64,000 nt of DNA, from positions 832,001 to 896,000 of the forward strand of contig CAVXWP010000008.1 of the NCBI GenBank assembly GCA_963765495.1, in the 5' to 3' direction. Positions 49,814 through 59,545 of the stretch are shown one piece after another (position 1 is the stretch's first letter; every line of letters starts with the position of its first letter). The position numbers and the translations under genes are program-made. A model generated the notes under the pieces. The model ran no database searches. It was not told the origin of the DNA and worked only from the letters and a program-made list of their open reading frames with translations. Source of the stretch: Blastocatellia bacterium. GTDB taxonomy: Bacteria; Acidobacteriota; Blastocatellia; UBA7656.

Positions 49814-51482
49814 TTAATTGTCGGTCAGTTCAGGCGGCAACTGCTTGTCTACGCGAGGGCGGGCCGAGGCGTTGGCCAGTTCCCAGGCGGTGGCAAAGAT
49901 TGTGCGCGCAACTTTCTGCATATAGTTGTAGTCAATCTTTTCGACCGAATCCGAGGGCTGATGATAGTCCTCGTGATCTCCGTCCATGTAAAAGATTATT
50001 GGGATGCCTTTTCGCGCATAGTTGAAATGATCGCTCCTGAAGAAGAAGTGATTCGGGTCATTCGGGGCATCATATCTGTAATTGAACCCCAGATTGAGAT
50101 ATGACTTGTTGACTCGCTCGCTCAATTCTCCGAGGTCCGTGCTCATCTTTTTTGACCCGATCAGATAAACTTCATTCGGTCCCGGCAAATCCTTGTTCGC
50201 GGGATTATTGTCGCCTTCCATCTTTCTTCGACCGATCATGTCAATGTTTAGTTGAGTCACGATCTGGTTTAGGGGGATTGTCGGATATTCGGTGAAGTAT
50301 TGCGATCCCCACAGTCCCTTCTCTTCCCCCGCGTGCCAGATGAAAAGTATCGAGCGCTTTGGGCGCGGGCCGTGAGCGAATGCCTCTGCCATCGCAAGGA
50401 CGGATACCGTTCCCGAACCATCATCATCGGCTCCGTTGTATATCGCGTCTCCATTGACGGGCGGTCCGATCCCTACGTGATCGTAGTGCGCGCCTATGGC
50501 TACGTATTCGCTCTTGAGCGCAGGATCACTGCCTTCAAGAACCGCCAGCACATTTTGAGTGTCTACCTGTTCGGATTTGACCGCGACAGTAAAGCTCAAT
50601 CTCTTGTTTGGATTCAATTGAAACGGGGGCAGAAGATCATCAGCCGCCATGTGGTTGAAGACATCAGAAGCCCTTTGCTTCTCACCTTGAAAGAGTGCGG
50701 CCAGCATTTTTGGCGAAACGATTATCGAAGGAATAGTGGGCTGGGAATCGGTCTCAAATTTCTCGACCGACACCACGCCGTGTTCTATGCCCAACTTACG
50801 GGTCTGATTCCAGTTTGCGAGCAATTGAAAATCGGCGAGAATGATAGTTCCAACCGCGCCATGCTTCTGGGCATTCCTGCGAGGCGTTTCCCAGTCTTCG
50901 CCCTGTTTGCCCGTCAGGTCTTGAAATGTAACGCCTTTTGGGAACCCGTTACCGGCAATAATAACGATTTTGCCTTTCACATCTAAACCTTCAAAGGCAT
51001 CCATTTTCTTCGACTTTATAAACCATCCGTGCCCGGCGTAAACGAGCGGCCCGCTGGCCGTCCCCGCGCCTGCCGCGCCAAAGGCTATCGAAGCCAGAAA
51101 GTCTTCGCCAAACGCAAAGCTCTGGTCTCCCATCTCGGGCATGAGTTCCGACGGGATCAACCGAGGCGCGCCGCAACGCGATTTTCTGAAAGTAAGTACC
51201 GTTGTCTCCGGCGGGCTTGAGCCCCCAGCGGGCAAGGTTTAAGGCGATAAACTTGGCCGCCGTATCAAGCCCCCGCGAGGGGGTGTCGCGCCCTTCCATC
51301 TCGTCGGATGCGATGAAGTAGAGATAGTCCCTTAACTGATCCGAAGTGATGGCATCCACGTTTCCAAACCGAGACTCGGACCGGGCAACGCCGCCTTTCT
51401 TGCTGCCGGGATGCGCAAACGTTCCAGCCTGTGGCACAAGCATGCCTAAGGCCAGAACAAGTACAAAAAAGATCTTTTTCAT
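49814..51482 (-). pseudogene. Secreted M28 metallopeptidase with PA domain, interrupted by a 1-nt frameshift near 51137-51139 (real lesion or sequencing error)
   Basis: 5' ORF has signal peptide and ASDEMEGRDT; 3' ORF has AHYDH, NGADDDGSG, GEEKGLWGS, NIDMIG, RSDH, DYH; removing one G joins them. Confidence 0.8.
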
Positions 51483-51537
51483 TTCTCCTCCATTCAGAAT
51501 TGCTTCTCAAATAATATTGCCGCTGTGGGGTTAGCTT

Positions 51538-52734
51538 TCAGGCAGCCTTTTTCTCAGATTTGCTGCCGATGACAATACGCGCAAAATCTGCGATGTATGC
51601 GCGCAAACCTTTCTTTAACCTGCGGCTCGCGTCGGTGTTGACCTGTATTGCTATCGAAACTCCGTACTCGGGGAAATACTCCATCTCTGAAAGGTAGCCG
51701 GGGAACCAGCCTCCGTGACCGTAGCTCGTACCCCACTCGCTTCGTCTGACCTGAACGCCGAGTCCGTACCTGTCGCCTGGTCCTGTCTTAGCCTCGACCG
51801 ACGTGACCAGTTGCCCCAGATAATACTTATTGAAGAGTTTGCCTTCATAGAGAGCCTTTGACCACCTCGCAAGGTCTTCGGCCGTTGAAGCGAAACCGCC
51901 CCCGGTCCATTCCATCTGGGGGTTGATTATGAACTTGCCGTCAATAATCGTCCGGCCTTCAAAGCCAAACGGGCTGTTTGGCATGGAATAACCGGGTATC
52001 AGCCCGGGTATCACCCGACTATCCGACGGCACGGTATGGTCAAGTTTTAGCGGCTTTAATATTCGCCTTGTAACTTCCGCGTAAAGCCTCTTTTTTGTGA
52101 CCTTCTCAAAGATCACGCCTACCAGTATGTAATTGGTATCGGCATAGGACCACCCCTGCCCGGCGGGAAACAAAGGTTTTGCATCGAGTATAAAGGCGAT
52201 GAGATCTTCGGGCTTCCATATCTTGTCGGGGTTGTCTTTCAGAGCCTTGTCGAAAGGTTTTGAGAGAACGTGTTCCGGGATGCCGCTCGTGTGATTCATC
52301 AACATTCGCAAGGTGATGTCTCTGGCATTGGGCAGGCGGTCGAACCAGGGCTCGTCTCCAAGCCATCGCTCTATCCTGTCATCGAGTTTGATTCGGCCTT
52401 CCCCGGCAAGTTGCAATACGACCGCTGAGACATAAGTCTTTCCTATGCTTCCGGCAAGCAACTTGTCGGTGGGCTTTAGCGGAATCTTGTTTTCGACATC
52501 GGCAAGCCCCGTCGATACTGAAAAGTGCCGTCCGTCCTTCAAGACTATCCCGACGGTCGCGCCCGGAAACTCGGCTCCGGCATGAAGTTCATCCAGCTTT
52601 TCCTGAACACTCCGGCGAAGTTGATCGAGCTTTTCGTCTCTGGGACGTGCGGGCCGTGCGACTGCTGAAGACAATAATAGAGCTATCGTCAGACCGGCAA
52701 GCCACGCTCGTTTGCCGGATAACAAGCTACGCAT
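51538..52734 (-). CDS. Serine hydrolase, beta-lactamase class C / D-Ala-D-Ala carboxypeptidase family
   Basis: Signal peptide; SIGK (SxxK), LMNHTSG, YADTNY, HGG. Confidence 0.9.
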   Translation of the reverse strand: MRSLLSGKRAWLAGLTIALLLSSAVARPARPRDEKLDQLRRSVQEKLDELHAGAEFPGATVGIVLKDGRHFSVSTGLADVENKIPLKPTDKLLAGSIGKTYVSAVVLQLAGEGRIKLDDRIERWLGDEPWFDRLPNARDITLRMLMNHTSGIPEHVLSKPFDKALKDNPDKIWKPEDLIAFILDAKPLFPAGQGWSYADTNYILVGVIFEKVTKKRLYAEVTRRILKPLKLDHTVPSDSRVIPGLIPGYSMPNSPFGFEGRTIIDGKFIINPQMEWTGGGFASTAEDLARWSKALYEGKLFNKYYLGQLVTSVEAKTGPGDRYGLGVQVRRSEWGTSYGHGGWFPGYLSEMEYFPEYGVSIAIQVNTDASRRLKKGLRAYIADFARIVIGSKSEKKAA

Positions 52735-53031
52735 TTTCAATTTCTGATCTCCTCTCGATTGTTTCTTAAAGCTTTCTGTTGCATTCAAGTCGAAGAGCGT
52801 CTGCGGGCTCTTCCATCCGCGCGAAAACATCGGCTTTTCAGCATCTAACGTAAAGTCGCTGTGGTTTTCCGCAACTCTTTTTGCAAAAACTTGTAAAAAG
52901 CGTAAAAAAGTTGTCTCCCTCCATCCGTTGTGTTGCGGGATTTCGGTTCCTCATCGTGTTTGAACTCGTCCTACCCTCTTGCCGTTCGCGCTTCACCGAA
53001 ATTTATCTCTAATACTATTGACGCCAAATTG

Positions 53032-53061
53032 TTGACGAGGATTCCTGCAAGGGGCTAGAAT
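53032..53061 (+). promoter_or_regulatory. Sigma70-type promoter for tRNA-Leu
   Basis: TTGACG-18 nt-TAGAAT. Confidence 0.55.
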
Positions 53062-53109
53062 GATTCACCTCAGAGGCGCAATTGAAAGCCCGTTGAAATC
53101 GGTTCTCCG

Positions 53110-53197
53110 GGGGATGTGGCGGAACAGGCAGACGCGAAGGTCTCAAAAACCTTTGGGATAATCTCCCGTGTGGGTTCGATTCCCACCATCCCCACCA
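53110..53197 (+). tRNA. tRNA-Leu(CAA)
   Basis: Acceptor ggggatg/catcccc, anticodon arm aaggt-ctCAAaa-acctt, long variable arm, GTTCGA, encoded CCA. Confidence 0.96.
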
Positions 53198-53233
53198 GCT
53201 TTTTTGCTTTACAAATCCTGCCCGCGGCCTCTT

Positions 53234-54118
53234 ATGAAGAAGCAAGAAATAGATTTCAGTTCGATTCCAGCCCCGGCCATCTCAGAGATCACCTTAAAGA
53301 TTTGCCTCAAGTGCGCGTTCGATTTTTTCACAAAACAACTGGGGTTTACGCCTCACACGGCCTACTCGGAGTTGAAAAAACACACACCCGAAGAAGCCGA
53401 TTTTACGGGTGCGGCAACTATCCGGCCTCACTTTTTCGATAAAGAGAAACTCGCTCGCTGCCCGTACTGCAACGGGGCAAAAAACTGGTTTGCCGGGTTT
53501 CACGCCACGCGAATAGATGCCAATCCCTCATTCGAAAAGCAGAGAAAAAGGCTCTGGACCGCGCTAAGGAAAGAACCCGACCGTGTCGCGCTCTGGAAGA
53601 GCGAACGGACTCAGATGGAAATATTTTCCGACTGGCTCGACCGACTCAAACGCAGGATCGATTTCGCCGACGATAGATGGCTCATCACGGTTGCACTCGA
53701 TTACGTAAAACGGTATGCGCCTTCAGGCGAAGGCTATGAAATAACGGACGATCAGGTGCAACGCGTACAGCTATCCAGACAACTCGACGGCCTCTGGAAA
53801 TATGAAAATCAATGGCTTTATGTCACTCCCTCGATCTATGGCGATGCATTGATCGTGCAGCATTTGCTCTCGCGCTCACAGCAGGCGGGCGGGCGCACCT
53901 TCGAAGGGCGTCTGACGCTTCAGGAGTTGATAAATCGGCTCAGACGCGTCGGATATTTTCAGGTCAGAGAGGTTGAACCGGGAAGCGCATTCGAAATATT
54001 GGAGCAAACTATAGCCTCGATAGTTGCTTCAGGCCCAAACGCCGTGTACTATGCCGTAGATCGTAGCGATTACCTGAAAAAACTCAAATCAGTTTACGAA
54101 AAGAAGCGTGGACGATAA
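53234..54118 (+). CDS. Hypothetical protein with two CxxC motifs
   Basis: Long ORF; CLKC and CPYC; stop overlaps next start (TAATG). Confidence 0.7.
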   Translation: MKKQEIDFSSIPAPAISEITLKICLKCAFDFFTKQLGFTPHTAYSELKKHTPEEADFTGAATIRPHFFDKEKLARCPYCNGAKNWFAGFHATRIDANPSFEKQRKRLWTALRKEPDRVALWKSERTQMEIFSDWLDRLKRRIDFADDRWLITVALDYVKRYAPSGEGYEITDDQVQRVQLSRQLDGLWKYENQWLYVTPSIYGDALIVQHLLSRSQQAGGRTFEGRLTLQELINRLRRVGYFQVREVEPGSAFEILEQTIASIVASGPNAVYYAVDRSDYLKKLKSVYEKKRGR

Positions 54119-54528
54119 TGAAGATCAAGTTTTTTTGCGCAACTATTCTGTTTTTTATGCCGCTCGTCGGACTCACTCAAGCACAGGATGCGACCCCGCC
54201 CGGTTTCACCATCTCGCTAAAGAACGGTAGCATGGTGCGAGGCCGCACGCTCACGCGTGATGAAGCGAGCGGGGCCTTGCGTCTGACTATGACGGAGACG
54301 GGAACGGGTGGACCAAAGAGCTACGCAATCATCGCCATGGACGACGCCGACAGCATTCGCGCCTCGACGACAGACGCGGATTCGATACTTGTAAAACTCT
54401 TTGGCGGAAGCGAGTTGCGATGCAAAGAGTTTGGCCTGAACGGCGATACGGTAACGGTCAAGCTTGGCACGGCGAGCCGCATAGATGTTCGATGGGACCA
54501 GATTCAATCAATCAGCTTCGCGCCCTAA
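54118..54528 (+). CDS. Small exported hypothetical protein
   Basis: Signal peptide ending AQA; two short beta-rich repeats (I.LKNGS / VKLFGGS ... I.SI). Confidence 0.7.
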   Translation: MKIKFFCATILFFMPLVGLTQAQDATPPGFTISLKNGSMVRGRTLTRDEASGALRLTMTETGTGGPKSYAIIAMDDADSIRASTTDADSILVKLFGGSELRCKEFGLNGDTVTVKLGTASRIDVRWDQIQSISFAP

Positions 54529-56103
54529 AAGACCCGAGACCACCGATCTCAGGCTATCCCAAGCAAGACGGACGTGTGCAGGCGTGGTCTTGATATTTCC
54601 AATCGCCAGCCGCAATGTGTATTTCCCGTTCAGTTTGGTGTGTGAAAGAAATACCTTGCCCTCTCGATTGACCTCTTCCATCAATCGTTCATTCAACCAG
54701 TCGAGACGAGTTTCGATCTCATCTTCGGATGCGCCGTTCAGGTCGTAGGGCCTGGCCCGGAAACAGACGAGGCTGAACGGCGTCGGAGCCATCCGCTCAA
54801 AATCCGGGCTCGCGTCTACCCACCCGGCAAATTCGCGGGCCATCTCTATGTGATTGCGGATGCGCTCGGCAATTCCATCCACGCCAAAATAGCGCAGCAC
54901 AAACCAGAGCTTTATGGCGCGAAAGCGGCGACCGAGTTGCGGTCCATAATCCATATAATTCTTCACTTCGCTTGAGTCATTCGAGCGCAAATACTCGGGG
55001 ATCAGACTGAAAGCCTGACCGAGCACATCCATTCTGCGGCAAAAGAGCGCGCTGATGTCTATGGGAACAAAGAGCCATTTATGCGGGTTCATAACCAGCG
55101 AGTCGGCTCGCTCGCACCCGGCAAGCACCCATTTCATCTCGGGCAGTATCGCCGCCGGTCCGCCATAGGCGGCATCTACGTGGAGCCATAAACCTTCAAG
55201 CTCGCAAATTTCGGCTATCTGAGGCACGGGGTCTATACTGGTAGTCGAAGTGGTGCCCACGGTAGCGACCACGCAGAAGGGCCGCCATCCGGCCTCTCTG
55301 TCCTCTTGAATCGCGCGAGCGAGCGCAGCCGGGTCCATACGAAACTCGGAATCAGTAGCGATCTGCCTGACGCCTTCCTGTCCTATGCCAAGCGTGATCG
55401 CGGCTTTTTCCACAGAAGAATGGGCGTGTTCGGATGTATAAAGCCGCAGCCGTTGAAAGATCGGCTCAATGTCCGGGTCTTCGTTCTCGTCTTTATCTTC
55501 GGCATCGGCCCCCAGGAACGGGTAACCCGGAAAAGATTCGACATCTGCTTCAACCGGCGGCTGACTGATGGAGCCCAGCCCCTGCTCGCGCACCCGAAGC
55601 CCCGGCACGGCCTCGCGGGCCGCCGCGATGGCGCAAAGCGTAGAAATCGAAGCCGTGTCATAAATCACTCCCGAAAAATCCTCGGATAAACCTATCATCT
55701 GCCGCAGCCAGTTTAGCGTGACTTCTTCGAGTTCGGTCGCTGCCGGGGAGGTGCGCCACATCATGGCGTTTACGTTGAATGCGGCCGAGAACATCTCTCC
55801 CAGTATCCCCGGAGCCGATCCGCTTACGGCGAAATAGGCGAAAAACCCCGGATGATTCCAGTGAGTTACACCGGGCGGAATCAGGCGGTCAAAGTCGGCA
55901 AGGATTTTCTCCATACTTTCGCCCGATGAGGGCGCGCTTTCGGGAAGGGCTCGCTTGAGCGCCCCCGGCTCGACCTGTGAAAGCACCGGGTAGCGGTCCG
56001 TATGCGAAAGATAATCGGCTATCCAATCAACGACTTTGTGGCCAAAGTGACGAAACTCTTCCGAATCCATGTCACCCGGTGAGGCGGGTTTGTTTTCATT
56101 CAT
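54508..56103 (-). CDS. PLP-dependent group II (aromatic-L-amino-acid-like) decarboxylase
   Basis: GVTHWNHPGFFAYF, SPAATELE, HSSVEKA, LHVDAAYGG, NPHKW, GRRFRA.KLWF. Confidence 0.93.
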   Translation of the reverse strand: MNENKPASPGDMDSEEFRHFGHKVVDWIADYLSHTDRYPVLSQVEPGALKRALPESAPSSGESMEKILADFDRLIPPGVTHWNHPGFFAYFAVSGSAPGILGEMFSAAFNVNAMMWRTSPAATELEEVTLNWLRQMIGLSEDFSGVIYDTASISTLCAIAAAREAVPGLRVREQGLGSISQPPVEADVESFPGYPFLGADAEDKDENEDPDIEPIFQRLRLYTSEHAHSSVEKAAITLGIGQEGVRQIATDSEFRMDPAALARAIQEDREAGWRPFCVVATVGTTSTTSIDPVPQIAEICELEGLWLHVDAAYGGPAAILPEMKWVLAGCERADSLVMNPHKWLFVPIDISALFCRRMDVLGQAFSLIPEYLRSNDSSEVKNYMDYGPQLGRRFRAIKLWFVLRYFGVDGIAERIRNHIEMAREFAGWVDASPDFERMAPTPFSLVCFRARPYDLNGASEDEIETRLDWLNERLMEEVNREGKVFLSHTKLNGKYTLRLAIGNIKTTPAHVRLAWDSLRSVVSGLLGREAD

Positions 56104-56160
56104 GCGAATGGTCCTTTAGCAGGAAAACTGGGGCTGACAAATCAAACCAGAGAAGGGGAA

Positions 56161-56260
56161 GTGATACGTGATACGCTCGATGATTCGTGATTCGTGACCT
56201 TCAGGCAGATAATTGTAAACCGCAGGCTACCTGCCATCACGCATCACGCGTCACGCATCA
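56161..56260. repeat. Inverted heptamer arrays (GTGATAC/GTGATTC vs GCATCAC)
   Basis: gtgatacgtgatac...gattcgtgattcgtga ... catcacgcatcacgcgtcacgcatc; overlaps mqnC stop. Confidence 0.75.
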
Positions 56261-57353
56261 TCACATCCTGTCTCACTCTCACATAATCAGCCTTGCGCTT
56301 GCAGGGCGTAAAACCTTCAGAGATTATCGTTTCTCGGAGCATGGTCTCGGTGGCCTTATGATTTGCCCCCGCCGGAGAGATTACATTCTCTTCGATCATC
56401 GTGCTTCCGATGTCGTTGGCCCCAAAATGCAAACCGAGACGGCCTATATCAAGCCCCTGCGTAAGCCATGAAACCTGCACATTCGGGATGTTATCCAGAT
56501 AGAGCCTGCCGATTGCAAGCCATCTCAAGTATTCGCGCCCCTCAATACGATCTGGAAACACCTTGCCGATTGGCACATTATCGGGCTGAAGAGTCCAGGG
56601 AATAAAGGAGACAAAACCCGGGTTGCGGTCCTGAAGTTCGCGCAACTTTTCAAGGTGCATAAGGCGCTGATCGCGCGTCTCGCCCATCCCGAACATCATT
56701 GTCGCCGTCGTAGGTATTCCCATCGAATGGGCTACGTCCATAACGTTTAGCCATTCCGCGCTATCGCAGTGCGTTCTGCGCTTGCGGCGAATCTCATCTA
56801 CGAGTATCTCTCCGCCGCCGCCCGGGATCGAATCTAGTCCCGCCTCTCGCAGCGCGGCGAGCACACCTTCGACGCCAAGCCCCGTAATCTTTGCGAAATG
56901 ATCTATTTCAGGCGGAGAGAAACAATGCAGGTGAATGTTGTAACGCGACTTCAACTCGCGCAGCAAACCCGTGTAGTATTCGAGCGGCAAATCCGGGTGC
57001 AATCCGCCCTGCATCAAAACGCCGCTTCCACCCAGTTCGATCATCTCTTCGACCTTGCGGTAGATCGTCTCGTATTCGTGCACATAACCTTCGGGTGACC
57101 CGGGCTTTCGATAGAAGGCGCAAAAGGCGCAAACCGAGACGCAGACGTTCGAATAATTCACATTGCGGTCAACCACATAAGTAACCACATCGTCCGGGTG
57201 CAGCCGCTTTCGCAACTGGTCTGCCAGCCGACCGAGTTCATCGGTGGGCGCGGAGTCTTCAACCGCTTTCCACTCTTCAAAAGAGAGCCGCTCGCCCTCT
57301 TCGATTCGACTCAGCAATCCGTCCACATCTACTCTCTCGATTGTCTTTTCCAT
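56244..57353 (-). CDS. mqnC: Cyclic dehypoxanthine futalosine synthase (radical SAM)
   Basis: [62 protein letters not shown]. Confidence 0.88.
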   Translation of the reverse strand: MEKTIERVDVDGLLSRIEEGERLSFEEWKAVEDSAPTDELGRLADQLRKRLHPDDVVTYVVDRNVNYSNVCVSVCAFCAFYRKPGSPEGYVHEYETIYRKVEEMIELGGSGVLMQGGLHPDLPLEYYTGLLRELKSRYNIHLHCFSPPEIDHFAKITGLGVEGVLAALREAGLDSIPGGGGEILVDEIRRKRRTHCDSAEWLNVMDVAHSMGIPTTATMMFGMGETRDQRLMHLEKLRELQDRNPGFVSFIPWTLQPDNVPIGKVFPDRIEGREYLRWLAIGRLYLDNIPNVQVSWLTQGLDIGRLGLHFGANDIGSTMIEENVISPAGANHKATETMLRETIISEGFTPCKRKADYVRVRQDVMMRDA

Positions 57354-57621
57354 AAAGAAGCCTCGCCTGAGGATTATAACTAAATCCGGCGGAGGCGCAA
57401 AATTCCCGCAGTGAGAGTCGAGATTTACGACCGCGCTTCGACCGCCGCTATAAAGGCGCGCCAAATTCAAAGCCGAGCCTCGCTTACTGTCAAAGAACGT
57501 GGGCTGGACTTGGCACCCCGCGTATGATAAAGATTTCTATCGACATTGAGACCACGTTTTGCTCATCAGCCGGGCAACTTTTGGTTTTCGCCGATATTCG
57601 AATCTGTTACCAGAAGGCATA

Positions 57622-58539
57622 ATGGATTTATACAGAAGCGTTCAAAATCTATCCCTGATAATACAGCCCGGCGACAGTTTCTTTCCTCTCGTTGATGCGA
57701 TAGACAGCGCGACCCGCTCCATCAACATGACTATCTTTCGGATGGACGATCCCATAGTGCGCGATGCTTTGAGCTTTGCCGTATCGCGCAGAGTAAAGGT
57801 GCGCGCCCTGATAGCTCCCACATCGAAAGGGTGGACAAAACGCAATAAAAAACTTACCGATGAACTCAGCGCCCTCGGCATCGAGGTCAGGATTCCAAAA
57901 TCGCGTAAGGAAAAGCTCAGCCGTTATCATTACAAAATGATGATGATCGACAATCATCAATCGCTGATACTGACTTTCAATCCTACGAAAAAGAATCTTC
58001 ATTATGCCCGCGACTTTGGCCTCTTAATAAAAGACCAGGTGATAACGACCGAGTTAAACCGTCTCTTTGAGGCCGATTGGTCAGGAAAACCGTTTAAGCC
58101 TGCGGACCTTCCTCTTATCATAAGCCCTTATAACAGCCGGAAAAAATTACTCGCGCTTCTGAAGTCGGCCGAGCGCAGCATACGCATTATGGATGCAAAG
58201 CTACAGGATCAGGAGGTGATGGGCATGTTGCTGCGCAAGGCGGCCCTCGGGTGCGATGTCAAGATCATCAGCCGGGATTCGTACTTTGACGAGGTGGTCC
58301 CGAATTTCTATGTGAGACAGTTATCGCGTTACAAATTACATGCCAAGTGCATAGTCGTTGACGGGGTGCGTTTTTCCATAGGCAGTCAAAACCTGCGCAA
58401 AACGAGTCTGGACAGGCGCCGCGAGGTTGGCATAGTAGTCGAGGACCCGGCGGTCGCCCGCAAAATAGAGCGCGTATTTGACGAAGATTGGATACATGCT
58501 ACAGACCTGAACGCGATTCTTGAAACCAGGGTCGGGTGA
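57622..58539 (+). CDS. Phospholipase D superfamily protein (two HKD motifs)
   Basis: HYKMMMID and HAKCIVVD...GSQN. Confidence 0.88.
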   Translation: MDLYRSVQNLSLIIQPGDSFFPLVDAIDSATRSINMTIFRMDDPIVRDALSFAVSRRVKVRALIAPTSKGWTKRNKKLTDELSALGIEVRIPKSRKEKLSRYHYKMMMIDNHQSLILTFNPTKKNLHYARDFGLLIKDQVITTELNRLFEADWSGKPFKPADLPLIISPYNSRKKLLALLKSAERSIRIMDAKLQDQEVMGMLLRKAALGCDVKIISRDSYFDEVVPNFYVRQLSRYKLHAKCIVVDGVRFSIGSQNLRKTSLDRRREVGIVVEDPAVARKIERVFDEDWIHATDLNAILETRVG

Positions 58540-58565
58540 TACGGCCTCCTTTGTGGAGAGAGGGT

Positions 58566-58709
58566 TTGAATTGTCGCAGGTGCCGCATAAAGATGGTCGT
58601 GATGAAACGCAGCTATCACAAGCAGCGCAAATGGGTCTGTCCCAAATGTGGCCGAACGCGTATGCAGACACAGAAGCCGCGTCCGCCCAAAGCCAGGAAA
58701 GGTGATTGA
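58566..58709 (+). CDS. 47-aa basic zinc-ribbon small protein (not in ORF track)
   Basis: TTG start after ggagagagg; MNCRRCRIKM...KWVCPKCGRTRMQ...KARKGD*; ends 2 nt before next ATG. Confidence 0.65.
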   Translation: MNCRRCRIKMVVMKRSYHKQRKWVCPKCGRTRMQTQKPRPPKARKGD

Positions 58710-58711
58710 AT

Positions 58712-59005
58712 ATGAACCAGCGGAGAATAACAGAATATCGAAAAGGAGATGAAATAAGTTACGGGATGCCATCCGGCATGCTATACGGCACGGTAGTCAG
58801 GGTTCTTGGAGAAGGCGACACCTCGGCGGTCGAAGTCGAGTTCGAAGACGGTCGCAAAGAGATAAAGAAAGTTCGGGACCGCGCCCTGAGTCTACTCAGA
58901 CGCGCCAGCGGCAAGAGCGAGGAAGAGGAACGCCATTCCGACCGCGACCGCTTGCGCGATTATGACATAGAGCGAATCCGCCGCAGCGACCAGCGCAGAC
59001 GTTGA
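58712..59005 (+). CDS. Small SH3/KOW-like beta-barrel hypothetical protein
   Basis: YRKGDEI...GTVVRV....VEVEFEDG.KEI pattern, charged tail. Confidence 0.65.
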   Translation: MNQRRITEYRKGDEISYGMPSGMLYGTVVRVLGEGDTSAVEVEFEDGRKEIKKVRDRALSLLRRASGKSEEEERHSDRDRLRDYDIERIRRSDQRRR

Positions 59006-59026
59006 CAGGGTTTACAGGATTTCATT

Positions 59027-59545
59027 TCAAAAGAACCTGGCTAACAAATGAGACAACGGGCTGTTGTGAAAGCTCGCAGGGTTGTATAAGACTAGATAAA
59101 AGATTCGTGCCAATCCGAAAATCGCAAATGCAATCGCAAACAGGCGAACGGCCCGGACCCTTGTTACCACCCGTTCAAATGCAAGCGCAGGCCCCCACCA
59201 TTTAAGAACCACGCAAAGCGAACTCAGATATAAAAGCAAAGAGAATGCAAACAGCGGCGGCCCAATCAAATTGTAGGCGAAGGCCGCGCCAAGTTCCCCC
59301 TTCCCTATCGCGCAAAACGAATGCGTAAGACCGCAACCCGGACACGGAAGGCCCGTGAAATTCTTGAAACCGCAAAGAGTGAAATATTCGCCGTCAGCCG
59401 GTCGATAGATCAGGCTGATGATGTAGACAAGGCTGAGACCAACAAGCAAGACTATCGCAACTCGCCTTTTCTGACCCCAGATGGAGACATCAACCTGCCC
59501 TTCCGGGGCTAAATTCTGCTGATTTGTCCGGGCCGATGTGCTCAT
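59027..59545 (-). CDS. DUF2752-like membrane protein
   Basis: C.FKNFTGLPCPGCGLT.SF...AF.YN with three TMs. Confidence 0.82.
   Translation of the reverse strand: MSTSARTNQQNLAPEGQVDVSIWGQKRRVAIVLLVGLSLVYIISLIYRPADGEYFTLCGFKNFTGLPCPGCGLTHSFCAIGKGELGAAFAYNLIGPPLFAFSLLLYLSSLCVVLKWWGPALAFERVVTRVRAVRLFAIAFAIFGLARIFYLVLYNPASFHNSPLSHLLARFF

Noticed and set aside
58520-58705. 61-aa ORF listed in the track
   Set aside because: The overlapping frame 58566-58709 has an RBS and paired CxxC motifs and is the better gene.
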